A stretch of DNA of 64,000 bases from an uncultured Candidatus Rokubacteria bacterium (lineage in GTDB: Bacteria; Methylomirabilota; Methylomirabilia; Rokubacteriales; CSP1-6). The position numbers and the translations under genes are program-made. The notes beneath the pieces were generated by a model. The model was not told where the DNA came from. It saw only the letters and a program-made list of their open reading frames with translations, and did not search any database. The DNA lies in assembly GCA_963758635.1 (NCBI GenBank), contig CAVWWD010000008.1:1237078-1301077 (forward strand). The letters run 5' to 3'. How positions within the stretch are numbered: the stretch's first letter is position 1; each line of letters begins with the position of its first letter. Of the stretch, positions 37,801 through 47,607 are shown in pieces.

Positions 37801-39982
37801 CGGAGAACACCCGCGCGAGCTCGGCGCGCGCCTCGTCGTCCGGCCGACCCGTCAGGTCCACCAGCGGCAGCCTCACCGGCCACGGTGGGTGAACGATCTG
37901 CCTGGGGGCCCCGTCGACGGCGACGAACGTGGTTCGCAGGCTCTCGTGCCTCCGGATCAGCTCGGCGAGGCTTCGCTCCAGCACCGCCGCGTCCAGGGGC
38001 CCGGCGAGGCGGAACGTCGCGTGGAAGTTGTACGCGCGGCTGTCGGGCGCCAGCGAGCGGATGAACCATACGCGTTCCTGGGAGAAGGACAGCGGCAGCG
38101 GCTCGGTGCGCGCGACGCGCGGGATCGGCGGCGGCGGCGCCGCCGCGCCGTCGGCGAGCCGCTCGACAAGGGTCGCCATGCCTTCGAGCGTGGGGCAGCT
38201 GAAAAAGCTCCGGAACGGCAGGCTCACGCCCAGCACCTCGCGCAGCCGCGAGATCACCTGGGCGGCCTTCAGCGAGTATCCGCCGATCTCGAAGAAGCGG
38301 TCGTGCCGCCCGACCCGCGGGAGCCGAAGCACTTCCCGCCACACCTCGGCGAGGGCGGTCTCCGCTCCCGGGCGGGGCGGCTCGTAGGCGGTATCCGCGT
38401 CCGGCTGGTCGGTCGGCGGGACGGGCAGGGCGCTCCGGTCCAGCTTTCCGCTCGGGGTGAGCGGGAGGCGATCCAGGAGGACGAACGCCGCGGGCACCAT
38501 GTGGCCGGGCAGACGCGACGAGAGGAACCGCCGGAGGTCGGCCGCGCGCAGCGCCGCCCCTTCGGCCGGCACCACATACGCGACGAGCCTCTTGTCGGCC
38601 GCGTGGTCATCGACGACGGCGAGAACGCCGTGGCGGACGCCCGGGTGCTGCTCGAGCGCGGTCTCGATCTCGCCGAGCTCGACGCGGAAGCCCCGAAGCT
38701 TGACCTGGTGGTCGAAACGCCCGAGGAACTCGATCTCACCGTCGGGCCGGTACCGGACTCTGTCGCCGGTCGCATACAGTCGGGCGCCGGGCTCGCCGCC
38801 CTCCGGATCGGGAACGAACGCCGCGGCGGTCAGGTCCGGTCGCCCGAGATAGCCGCGGGCAACGCCGGTCCCGCCGATGTGGAGCTCCCCGGCCGCGCCA
38901 AACGGGACCGGCTGGAGCCCGGGGCCGAGGATCCGGACGTAGGCGGGCGTGATCGGCCGGCCGATGGTGACCGGGACGCCCGGCGTGAGCGTGGCCGTGG
39001 TCGCGTTCGCGGTGGCCTCCGTTGGCCCGTAGACGTTCGCGATCTCGACCGCGGGCCATCTGGCCCAGGTCCGCTCCAGCAGGACGAGGTCCACCGCCTC
39101 TCCGCCGAGCAGCAAGCGACGAAGCCCGGCGGGCGCGGTCACCCGGCCGGCGTCGATCTCATCCAGCATCACGCGCCACAGGGACGGAACGCAGTTGAGC
39201 GCGACCCGTGGACGCTCGCCGAGGGCGTGGAGCAGCCGCGCGGGCTCCATCGCGACGCCGTCAGGCATGAGCCACACCTCGCCGCCTCGGATCAGAGGCG
39301 CGAGGATCTGCTTGAGCGAGGCGTCGAAGGTGACGCTGGTCACCGCGGGAAGGCCCTCACCGGGGTCCGGCAGCAAGCGGTCGTTGACCCAGGCGAGGTA
39401 GCTGGCCACGCTGCCCTGCTGCACCATGACGCCCTTCGGGTTGCCCGTCGAGCCGGACGTGTAGATGACGTAGGCGAGGTTCCGGGGCCCGGCCACCGCC
39501 TCGGGGTTCGTCTCCGGCTCGCCCGCAAGCGCCTCGGCCGCGTCGTCGAGCCGCACGAGCCGGACGCCGTCCGGAACCCGACACTCCTCGATCCCCTCGG
39601 AGACGAGCAGCACGGGCGCGCGAGTGTCGTCGAGCACGAAGGCCCGCCGGGCCTCCGGGTAGTGGGGATCGACGGGGACGTACGCCCCGCCCGCCTTGAG
39701 CACGCCGATCAGCCCCACGACAAGTGCGATCGAGCGCTCCATGCACACGACGACGAACCTGTCCGGCCCGACGCCGAGGTCGCGCAGCGCGTGGGCCAGG
39801 CGGTTGGCTCGCCGGTTCAGCTCGCCGTAGCTCAGCTCCTGCCCCAGGAAGGTCACCGCGGTGGCGTGCGGCGACCGCTCCGCCTGCGTCTCGAACAGCC
39901 CGGCCAGGCTCGGCTCCCGCGCCTCGTCAGGCTCACGGGAAGGTCTGGACGTGACTTGCGCAGGGCGCCGAGAACTCATCAT
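34809..39982 (-). CDS. NRPS 1: A(Glu-like)-T-C-A(Val)-T (indels near 36710 and 36050)
   Basis: Starts with an A domain; YTSGSTGNPKG, FDASLKQ, GGYSL, EHHMTHDGWS, FDASTFE, GPTENTTFS, GGHSL. Confidence 0.9.
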
Positions 39983-40296
39983 CGAGGCCTCCTCGAGATG
40001 TGAGGGGTTGTTGTCACAGTGTCGGAACAGACGTACATCCGTGCACGCTCCTCCGGAGCCCCTTCAGCCTGGCGCCAAGGGATCACGAGCTCCAAACTAG
40101 CTGGAATCATGATACTCACGACGCGGGTTGCGGGCGAAAACAAACCGCCGGACGAGCTGGCCCTCACGGACCGCAAACAGTAGTGCAGGCCGTGTGCCAC
40201 TGTCCGGCGGCGCATCGGGGCTGGAAGAGCACAAAAGAATCGGGGGCGGCCGATGTGGCCGCCCCCGGTGTTTCCGATCTATCGCGCGCGCGAGAA

Positions 40297-41322
40297 CTAC
40301 TCGCGGGTGCGGGTCCTCCAGCCAAGCAGCCCGAAGCCCGCGAGCCCGAGCCCGATGAGCGCGAGCGAGGCGGGGGCGGGGACGGCGATCGGCGTGATCC
40401 GCATGATTGTCATGAAAGCGTTGTCGAAGCCCTCCTGCGCATACGCCAGACCGTTCGCGAAGTCGATGGCGACCCTGTGGTCGGGACTGTCGCTGCACTG
40501 GAAGATGAGGAGCGTCCCTACCGTCGAGACGAGATCGCTGCACTCCGGGACCGGCGAAACGTTGAACTCGAGGAGGTACTGAATGCCGTTGGAAGTGAAC
40601 TGCGTGTCGGCGAAGTCACTGGCGTCGAAGGTGAACACGTCGTCGCAGGCCGAGCCAAGCGGGTTCTCACCGACGCAATCGCCCGCGGTGACCTCGTTCA
40701 GCGTCTCGATGAACACGATTGGGACCGCGTTGTTGTCCGTGAAGGGCGGGGCGGCGTTGATCGTCAGGCTCGTCTGGTTGGTGATTCCACTCATGAAGTT
40801 GCCTTCGTTGTCGATGATCCGGTTCAGGTGGTCGATCCGCGAGATCACCACCCACAGCCCGTCGTCTCTCAGGGTGCCATCCGCGCTGAAGGTGAAGAAC
40901 CCAATGGTCCCAAGATTCTCCGGGCTCGTCGCGTTGTTGAACGTCGTGGAAACGAGGGAGCTACGGCCGGGGTCACCGGACTCGTCGGGGCCGACCACCT
41001 CGCCCAAGGTTCCGCCGTTGGCGCAGTTCGTCACGCCAGGACTATTGTTGCCGTCAGCCACGCAGCCCCACGAGATGGTCCTGTAGGTGCCGGCAGGCGC
41101 TGGCGGACTGGTCTGAAGGGTGGAGAACACCAGGCCGCCATGGCCAGCGACGCCGGGACCTGGGAACCCCGGGCCCTCCGGACCGGCTGCCAGGCTGCCC
41201 GTCCCGAGAGCGAACCCGCCCGACTGATTCCACGTGAAGTCCACAGCTTCGCCGGCTGCGGTGTGGCCGATCACGAGCGCGGCCACCAGACCCACCAGCC
41301 ATCCCCTGTTTCTCTTTGTCAT
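40297..41322 (-). CDS. PEP-CTERM sorting-domain surface protein (THxN-like)
   Basis: Signal peptide; IDHLNRII and FIETLN...C...CDDVF; C-terminal VPAPASLALIGLGLAGFGLLGWRTRTRE. Confidence 0.9.
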   Translation of the reverse strand: MTKRNRGWLVGLVAALVIGHTAAGEAVDFTWNQSGGFALGTGSLAAGPEGPGFPGPGVAGHGGLVFSTLQTSPPAPAGTYRTISWGCVADGNNSPGVTNCANGGTLGEVVGPDESGDPGRSSLVSTTFNNATSPENLGTIGFFTFSADGTLRDDGLWVVISRIDHLNRIIDNEGNFMSGITNQTSLTINAAPPFTDNNAVPIVFIETLNEVTAGDCVGENPLGSACDDVFTFDASDFADTQFTSNGIQYLLEFNVSPVPECSDLVSTVGTLLIFQCSDSPDHRVAIDFANGLAYAQEGFDNAFMTIMRITPIAVPAPASLALIGLGLAGFGLLGWRTRTRE

Positions 41323-41386
41323 CACTACCTCCTGAGCTTAGTTAGAGCTGCACTCGCTACAGATTCGCTCTCGCAAGGGGTTAGAG

Positions 41387-41480
41387 GCACCTTTCGTGCC
41401 ATTCAGGTGAAGGTCACAAAATCAATATCTTAGATACTGGCCCTTCTACCTGCCGTCCCCATCTGCAAAGGTCTCCGACA
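41387..41480 (-). promoter_or_regulatory. sigma-54 promoter plus upstream enhancer box, copy 1
   Basis: Minus strand TGGCAC-GAAAG-GTGC (41387-41401) and TGTCGG-N5-TTTGCA (41464-41480). Confidence 0.75.
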
Positions 41481-41591
41481 CGTCGCGGGTCGAACTGGCC
41501 CTCCTCTGTTTCTCTTTGTCATCACTAGCTCCAGTTAGTTTCGTTTAGTGACTTGCGCTCGCTACGGATCCGCTGTCGCACGTGGTCAAGA

Positions 41592-41686
41592 GCACCCGCC
41601 GTGCCATTACGATTAGGCGCACAAGATCATGAGCTTAGGGAACTAACACCTCTACTTGCCATCCCCATTTGCAAACGTCGCCGACA
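41592..41686 (-). promoter_or_regulatory. sigma-54 promoter plus upstream enhancer box, copy 2
   Basis: Minus strand TGGCAC-GGCGG-GTGC (41592-41606) and TGTCGG-N5-TTTGCA (41670-41686). Confidence 0.7.
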
Positions 41687-41920
41687 GGTCGTAGTGCGGC
41701 AAAGTCCCCTGCTTTGATGATAGTTGCGACAGGTAAATCAATCACTTATGTGGCTCTGGAGCCGTTCTGCCCCGCTGGGCTGTCGAGGACCAGCACTGTA
41801 AACGACCTCGACTTGCCGGCCAGCTACCCGGCGCTCAGCGTTCGCGGCGGTACCCGCCCCAGTCGACGGGACCCTGGATGGCCCTCACGACACCTGGACT
41901 ATAATCGAGTCGCGCGCCCC

Positions 41921-43172
41921 ATGAATCGAGCTTCCTGGCCCCGCATTCTCGCCCGCGCCGTCCCCCTCCTCGTCATCATCTGCATCTGCTGGACGGAGGC
42001 CCCCGGGGCCCACGAGATTGGCCCGGAATCCGACCTCTGCGCCGAGATCAACGCGCTCGCTCCAGGGTCCGAGCTGGTCCTGCGTCCGGGGGACTACCAG
42101 GGCCCGTGCACGATCCGCAGCAGCGGCCTTCCCGGCGCGCCCATCGTGGTCCGCGGGCAGGATCCCGCGCAGCGGCCGCGGATCGTCTTCGGGGGCACGC
42201 GAGCCAACGTGATCAGCGTGCGAGCCAGCCACGTGGTCCTCCGCGGCCTCGAGATGGGGCCGACGCAGGCTGGGGTCGACGCCGTGCGGATCTACGGCGC
42301 GTCCGACATCCTCGTGGAGGACTGCGAGTTCAAGGCGCTGGGCGGCATCGCGGTGGTCGCCAACCACGCCAACGTGCGCGGGCTGGTGGTCCGGGGCAAC
42401 GTGGTGCTCGGCGCCAACACCACCGCCATGTACTTCGGCTGCCACGACGGCGCGGGGTGCGTGATCTCGGAGCTCCTCGTCGAGCGCAACTACATCCACA
42501 CCGTGAGGGCGCCCGAGCCCTCGATCGGCTACGGCGTCCAGGTCAAGCTCAACTCCTCCGGCGTCATCCGCGACAACGTCATCGCGGACGTCAAGGGGCC
42601 GGGCATCATGGTCTACGGGGCCCACGACCCGACCGGCGCTGAACGTCGTCGAGCGGAACTTCGTGATGGGATCGCTCCGCTCCGCGGGCATCGTCGTGGG
42701 CGGCGGGCCCGCCGCCATCCGCAACAACGTGTCCGTGGGCAACGCCGAGTCGGGGATCGGCGTGGAGGACTACGCCCGACGCGGGCTGCTCCGGAGCGTC
42801 GTCATCGCGCACAATACGGTGTACGCCAACCGTGGCGGAGGCATCGCCGTGCCGGACAGGGGCGCCCGCGACGTGGCCATCGTCAACAACGCCGTGCACC
42901 TCCGCTCGGCAGGAGCGCCGTTGCCCGCCGCCGAGACCGGGGGGATCCGGCTCGCCGGCAACGTCGACTGCTCGTTGGCGCCGTGCTTCGTCGATCCCGA
43001 AGGCCACGACTTCTCGCCGGTGATGGCCGGCAAGCTCACCGGCCTCGCCGCGGTCCGGCCCGAGCCGTGGATCCCCGCCGACGACTTCTTCGGCGCGCCG
43101 CGGGGATTGCCCTCGACGGTCGGGGCGGTGGAGCGAGCCGCGTCTGCCATCCACCTCGGGCGAAAGCCCTAG
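41921..43172 (+). CDS. Secreted right-handed parallel beta-helix protein (indel near 42635)
   Basis: Signal peptide, LVLRPGDY, repeated V.RGNV/IRDNVI/IRNNVS/IAHNTV rungs; TATAAT at 41900-41905. Confidence 0.8.
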
Positions 43173-43188
43173 GCGCGGGCGCCGCGCC

Positions 43189-46128
43189 ATGTCGATCCTG
43201 GCCGGAGTGTTCAGCCGGAACCCCGTCCGCCGCCCCGATGACGCGATCTGCGACGCCCTCGCCGCGGCGGCCTCCCGGCGCGGGGACGACGAGCGCGCTC
43301 TCTTCCGGGACGAGCGGCTGTTCCTGGTCAAGGTGGACATCGGCGCGTACCGGGAGCGCGCCTTCCGCCTCGACGCGACGGGCGGCGTCTCCGCCCTCGC
43401 CGGCGAGCCCCTCATCGCGGCCGCCGGGGACTCGCGCTCGGGCACGCGCGAGGCGGACCTCGCGGCGATCGCCGACGCCGTCGAGGCCGGGCGGGCCGAC
43501 GCCGTCCTGGCCTCCACCCAGGGGGTGTTCTGCGCCGCGCACTACCGGCCGCGGCCGGCGACCCTCACGCTGATCGCCGACAAGCTCGGCGCCCGCTCCC
43601 TCTACGTGTACGAGGACGAGCGTCACGTCGTCTTCTCCACCGCGCTCCGGATCCTCCTGGCCGTGCCCGCCGTGACCCGTCGCATGAGCCTGCGCGGGGT
43701 CACGGAGATCGCCTCCTTCGGGTTCGCGCTCGGCCGACGCACGGCCTTCCAGGACATCGCCCTCCTCGGAGCTGGGGAGGTGATGACGGTGTCCGACGCG
43801 GGCGTGGCCCAGCGCCAGTACTGGCGCTGGGACCGGCTGCGGACCTCCGAGGCGCCCGAGGAGGCCTTCCTGGCCGAGGCGTATCGGCGGTTCACGACGG
43901 CGGTGGCCCGGCGCAGCCGCGACGACACGGCCACCGTGTCGTTCCTGAGTGGGGGCCTCGACTCGCGCTGCATCGTGGCGAGCCTCCGCGAGCGCGATCT
44001 CGCCGTGCACACCGTGAACTTCGCCCCTCCGGGCACGCAGGACCAGGCGTTCGCGGCGGCATTCGCGCAGGCCGCGGGCGCCGCGCACGAGGAGTTCGGA
44101 GGCGGGCGGAAGCTGGACAATCCCTTCGACTGGCTCGGCAACACCGGCGCCGCGTGGATCGCCTCCGATCGCCGCCGCGAGTTCCGCCTCGAGCGGCCGG
44201 ACCTGGTGTGGACCGGCAACGGCGGCAGCGTGGGCGTCGGGCACGCCTACATGCACGAGCCCGTGGTCGCCCTCATGCGGCAGGGCAAGCGGGACGACGC
44301 CATCCGGACGTTCCTTCGCCGGCAGCGCGCCAACGTGGTCCACCGCCTCCTGCGTCCGGCCGTGCGCGAGGAGATCGTCGGAGCGCTGCACCAGGGGATC
44401 GCCGAGGAGCTCGACGCATCCGCCTGCGACGATCCCGCACGGGCCTTCCACCTCTTCCTCATGCACAACGACCAGCGGCGGCACATGTGCGATCACTGGG
44501 AGAACATGGACCTGGTGCGCTTCGACCAGCACGTGCCGTTCCTCGACGGACACTTCCTCGAGTGGATGCTCGCGGCGCCGATCGACCGATGCCTCGGTCA
44601 CCGCCTGTACCATCGCTGGCTGCGCACGTTCCCGCCCTCGGTGACGTCGGTGCCCTGGCAGGCGTACCCCGGGCACGAGCAGTGCCCGCTCCCCGTGCCT
44701 GCCGGCCTCGGCTACCAGTGGAGCCAGGCCTACTCGCCCTACCGGATCAACGACCTCCGGAAGCGCAAGCGGCTGGACCAGGCGCGGAAGCTCCTGCGGT
44801 CCGCTCACTTCCCGGAACACCTGCTCGACCGCCGGTACCTGCGGCTGGCCACGTGGGTGTACCGCACGGGCTTCCGTGACTACGGCTACGTCGTCGGGTC
44901 CGCGCAGACCTTCGAACGGTACTGGGCGCTCAGCCAGGAGCGGCCACCCGCGAACCCCGGCGCCGCGGCCGGCCGCCCTGCCGCCTCGGGCTCCCCCTCG
45001 ACGATGATCCACCACCCGACGGTGGCCGAGGTGGACCTGGGCGCCCTCCGGCACAACTTCCGCGAGGTCAGGAAGCGCCTGGCCCCCGGCTGCCGCGTCA
45101 TGGCGGTGGTGAAGGCGAACGCGTACGGCCACGGCGCGGTGCGCGTGGCACGCACGCTCCTGGCCGACGGCGCTCACGGCGTGGGCGTGGCGCGGATCGA
45201 AGAGGGCGTGGCCCTCCGCGAGGGCGGGGTGGAGGGCCCCGTGGTGGTGCTGGGTGGCGTCGCACCCGCCTCCGCGGAGCGCGCCGTCGAGCACGGCCTC
45301 GAGGTCGTCGTCTTCGAGGAGGGCACGATGGCCGCGCTGGCCGCCGCGGCGGCGCGGCGCGGAGGCTGCGTGGACCTCCACGTGAAGGTCGAGACGGGCA
45401 TGGGCCGCCTCGGCCTCGCTCCTGAGCGCGTCCCGGCCTTCGTCGAGCGCCTCGCCGCGACGCCGGGGGCGCGCCTGGCCGCGCTCATGACGCACTTCGC
45501 GGACGCGGACGGCGATCCCGCGTTCACCGCCGAGCAGATCGACCGGTTCGCCGCCGTACGCGCGTCGCTCGACGCCGCCGGTGTCCACATCCCGCTCGTC
45601 CACGCCGCCAACAGCGCGGGCGCCCTCCTCGCACCGGCAAGCCACCTCGACATGGTGCGGCCGGGCATCGTGCTCTACGGCTACCCGCCCGCGCCGAAGC
45701 TCACGGCGGGCGCGGACCTCCGGCCCGTGCTCTCCTGGACGTGCCGCGTGGCGCAGGTGAAGGCCCAGCAAGCGGGCGACACGATCAGCTACGGCCGGAC
45801 GTTCACCGCGCGCCGCCCGAGCCGCATCGCCGTGCTGCCCGTGGGCTACGCGGACGGGCTCAGCCGCGCGCTCTCGAACCGGGGCGCCGTTCTCCTGCGC
45901 GGCAGGCCCGCGCCGATCGTGGGCCGCGTGTGCATGGACATGACCATGGTCGACGTGAGCGACCACGACGGGGTGGCGGCGGGCGACGAGGCGGTGATCA
46001 TCGGCCGCCAGGGCGAGGCGACGATCACCGCCGACGACATCGCCGCGCTCACCGGCACGATCTCCTACGAGGTGCTGTGCGGGATCGGGGCTCGTGTGCC
46101 GCGGGCCTACCGGGACGACGGCGCGTGA
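43189..46128 (+). CDS. Asparagine synthetase-like amide ligase fused to alanine racemase
   Basis: N-part: ADKLGARSLY, LSGGLDSR, WTGNGG, VPFLD. C-part from 45004: VDLGALRHN, VVKANAYGHG, VRPGIVLYG, ISYG, GRVCMD, TISYEVLC. Confidence 0.85.
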   Translation: MSILAGVFSRNPVRRPDDAICDALAAAASRRGDDERALFRDERLFLVKVDIGAYRERAFRLDATGGVSALAGEPLIAAAGDSRSGTREADLAAIADAVEAGRADAVLASTQGVFCAAHYRPRPATLTLIADKLGARSLYVYEDERHVVFSTALRILLAVPAVTRRMSLRGVTEIASFGFALGRRTAFQDIALLGAGEVMTVSDAGVAQRQYWRWDRLRTSEAPEEAFLAEAYRRFTTAVARRSRDDTATVSFLSGGLDSRCIVASLRERDLAVHTVNFAPPGTQDQAFAAAFAQAAGAAHEEFGGGRKLDNPFDWLGNTGAAWIASDRRREFRLERPDLVWTGNGGSVGVGHAYMHEPVVALMRQGKRDDAIRTFLRRQRANVVHRLLRPAVREEIVGALHQGIAEELDASACDDPARAFHLFLMHNDQRRHMCDHWENMDLVRFDQHVPFLDGHFLEWMLAAPIDRCLGHRLYHRWLRTFPPSVTSVPWQAYPGHEQCPLPVPAGLGYQWSQAYSPYRINDLRKRKRLDQARKLLRSAHFPEHLLDRRYLRLATWVYRTGFRDYGYVVGSAQTFERYWALSQERPPANPGAAAGRPAASGSPSTMIHHPTVAEVDLGALRHNFREVRKRLAPGCRVMAVVKANAYGHGAVRVARTLLADGAHGVGVARIEEGVALREGGVEGPVVVLGGVAPASAERAVEHGLEVVVFEEGTMAALAAAAARRGGCVDLHVKVETGMGRLGLAPERVPAFVERLAATPGARLAALMTHFADADGDPAFTAEQIDRFAAVRASLDAAGVHIPLVHAANSAGALLAPASHLDMVRPGIVLYGYPPAPKLTAGADLRPVLSWTCRVAQVKAQQAGDTISYGRTFTARRPSRIAVLPVGYADGLSRALSNRGAVLLRGRPAPIVGRVCMDMTMVDVSDHDGVAAGDEAVIIGRQGEATITADDIAALTGTISYEVLCGIGARVPRAYRDDGA

Positions 46129-46153
46129 GGCGCGGGCCGGGCGCGAGACGGTC

Positions 46154-47560
46154 ATGAAGATCACGTTCGTCGGCCACGCGAGCCTCCTCGTCGAGACGCG
46201 TGGGATCCGCATCCTGTCCGACCCGTGGTGGCGGGGGCCGTGCTTCGGCGCGCAGTGGTGGCTCTATCCCGAGCCCGCGCTCGGCCCCGTGGAGGAGCGC
46301 CCGCCCGACTACATCTACGTGTCGCACGCCCACCACGACCACCTCCACCCCGTCACGCTCCGCACGCTGCCGCGAAGCGCCACCGTGCTCGTGGGCAAGG
46401 GCCTCGGCCTCGCCGCGCCCATCGCCGAGATGGGCTTCGCCGTGGTCGAGATCGCCGACGACGAGGTCCGCGAGCTCGCCCCCGGCGTGCGGTGCCGCAT
46501 CGCCCACACCGACGGCGACGACTCGCTGATGACGATCGACGACGGCGAGGAGACGTTCCTCAACATCAACGACGCCCTGCACTCGTCGCCGCGCCCGGTG
46601 CGGGAACGCTTCACCCGGATCCTGCGCGAGTGGCACCCGCGGCTCGACTACGTCTTCTGCGGCTACGGCATGGCCTCGCACTTCCCGAACTGCTACGTGA
46701 TCCCGGGCAAGGACGCGGCGCGGAGCGCGGCGAAGCGGCAGCGGCACTTCAACCGCGTGTGGGCCGAGCTGGTCCACGATCTCGGGCCCCGGTTCGGGTT
46801 CCCGTTCGCCGCCGACGTGGTGTTCCTCGAGGAGGAGCTGTTCTGGTCCAACGAGGCCGTCCACAACGGCCAGCGCCCGACCGAGGCGTTCCTCGAGGCC
46901 TACCCCGGATCGTCCACCACCGTGCTCGATATCGCCCCCGGCTTCGTGATCGAGGCCGGGCACGTCGTCACGCCGACGATGCGAATGCCGGTGCGCGAGG
47001 CCGACCTGCGCGCGACCTTCGCCGACGCCATCGCGCGGGTGAACCGCCGCGCCGACCGCGAGGACGCCGCGGTGGCCGACGTGGCGCGGCTCCTCGCCGC
47101 GAACGCCGAGATGGGTCAGGCCTACTTCGCGGCCTTTCCCGGGGACTATCGCTGCCAAATCCGCTTCCGCGACGCCGCGCTCGGCATCGACGTGACCAAG
47201 CGCGACGGACGGGTCACCGTGCGCGCGACGCCCGCGGACGCGGGGGCGGGGCCGCCGGCCGACCTCGTGCTGACCACGCGTCTGGCGTACCTCCTGCGGA
47301 GCCTCACCGAGGAGTACGGCTACGAGCTCCTGTACGTTGGGTCGGGGGGCGTCTTCGAGTACGCCGACCGGGCGCGGGTGCGCACGAGCCTGCACCGCGA
47401 GATCCTCGCGATGGTGCGGCAGATGACGGCCCCGCCGGGCCGGCGGGGCGGCGGGGCACGCGGCGCGCTCGCCCGGATCAAGACGCTCCTGCGGCGCGCC
47501 CTCCGGCAGCGCCGGCCCGACCTCTACGACCTGGAGGAGTGGACGGTCTTCGCACGCTGA
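46154..47560 (+). CDS. MBL-fold metallo-hydrolase (UlaG/CMP-Neu5Ac hydroxylase-like)
   Basis: MKITFVGHAS, DPWWRGPCF..QWW, SHAHHDHLH, NINDA, PFAAD. Confidence 0.8.
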   Translation: MKITFVGHASLLVETRGIRILSDPWWRGPCFGAQWWLYPEPALGPVEERPPDYIYVSHAHHDHLHPVTLRTLPRSATVLVGKGLGLAAPIAEMGFAVVEIADDEVRELAPGVRCRIAHTDGDDSLMTIDDGEETFLNINDALHSSPRPVRERFTRILREWHPRLDYVFCGYGMASHFPNCYVIPGKDAARSAAKRQRHFNRVWAELVHDLGPRFGFPFAADVVFLEEELFWSNEAVHNGQRPTEAFLEAYPGSSTTVLDIAPGFVIEAGHVVTPTMRMPVREADLRATFADAIARVNRRADREDAAVADVARLLAANAEMGQAYFAAFPGDYRCQIRFRDAALGIDVTKRDGRVTVRATPADAGAGPPADLVLTTRLAYLLRSLTEEYGYELLYVGSGGVFEYADRARVRTSLHREILAMVRQMTAPPGRRGGGARGALARIKTLLRRALRQRRPDLYDLEEWTVFAR

Positions 47561-47607
47561 GGACGGCCGGGGCGCCGAGCGGAAGGCGTCGGTCGGCTCA
47601 CACGCGC

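Noticed and set aside
36815..40003. 1062-aa plus-strand ORF
   Set aside because: Antisense shadow of NRPS 1, typical of high-GC codon bias; no motifs.
43189..44940. Lasso peptide cyclase cluster
   Set aside because: No B1/B2 (RRE, transglutaminase-like protease) genes or precursor peptide recognised nearby.
43036..46212. 1058-aa minus-strand ORF
   Set aside because: Antisense shadow of the AsnB-Alr gene.
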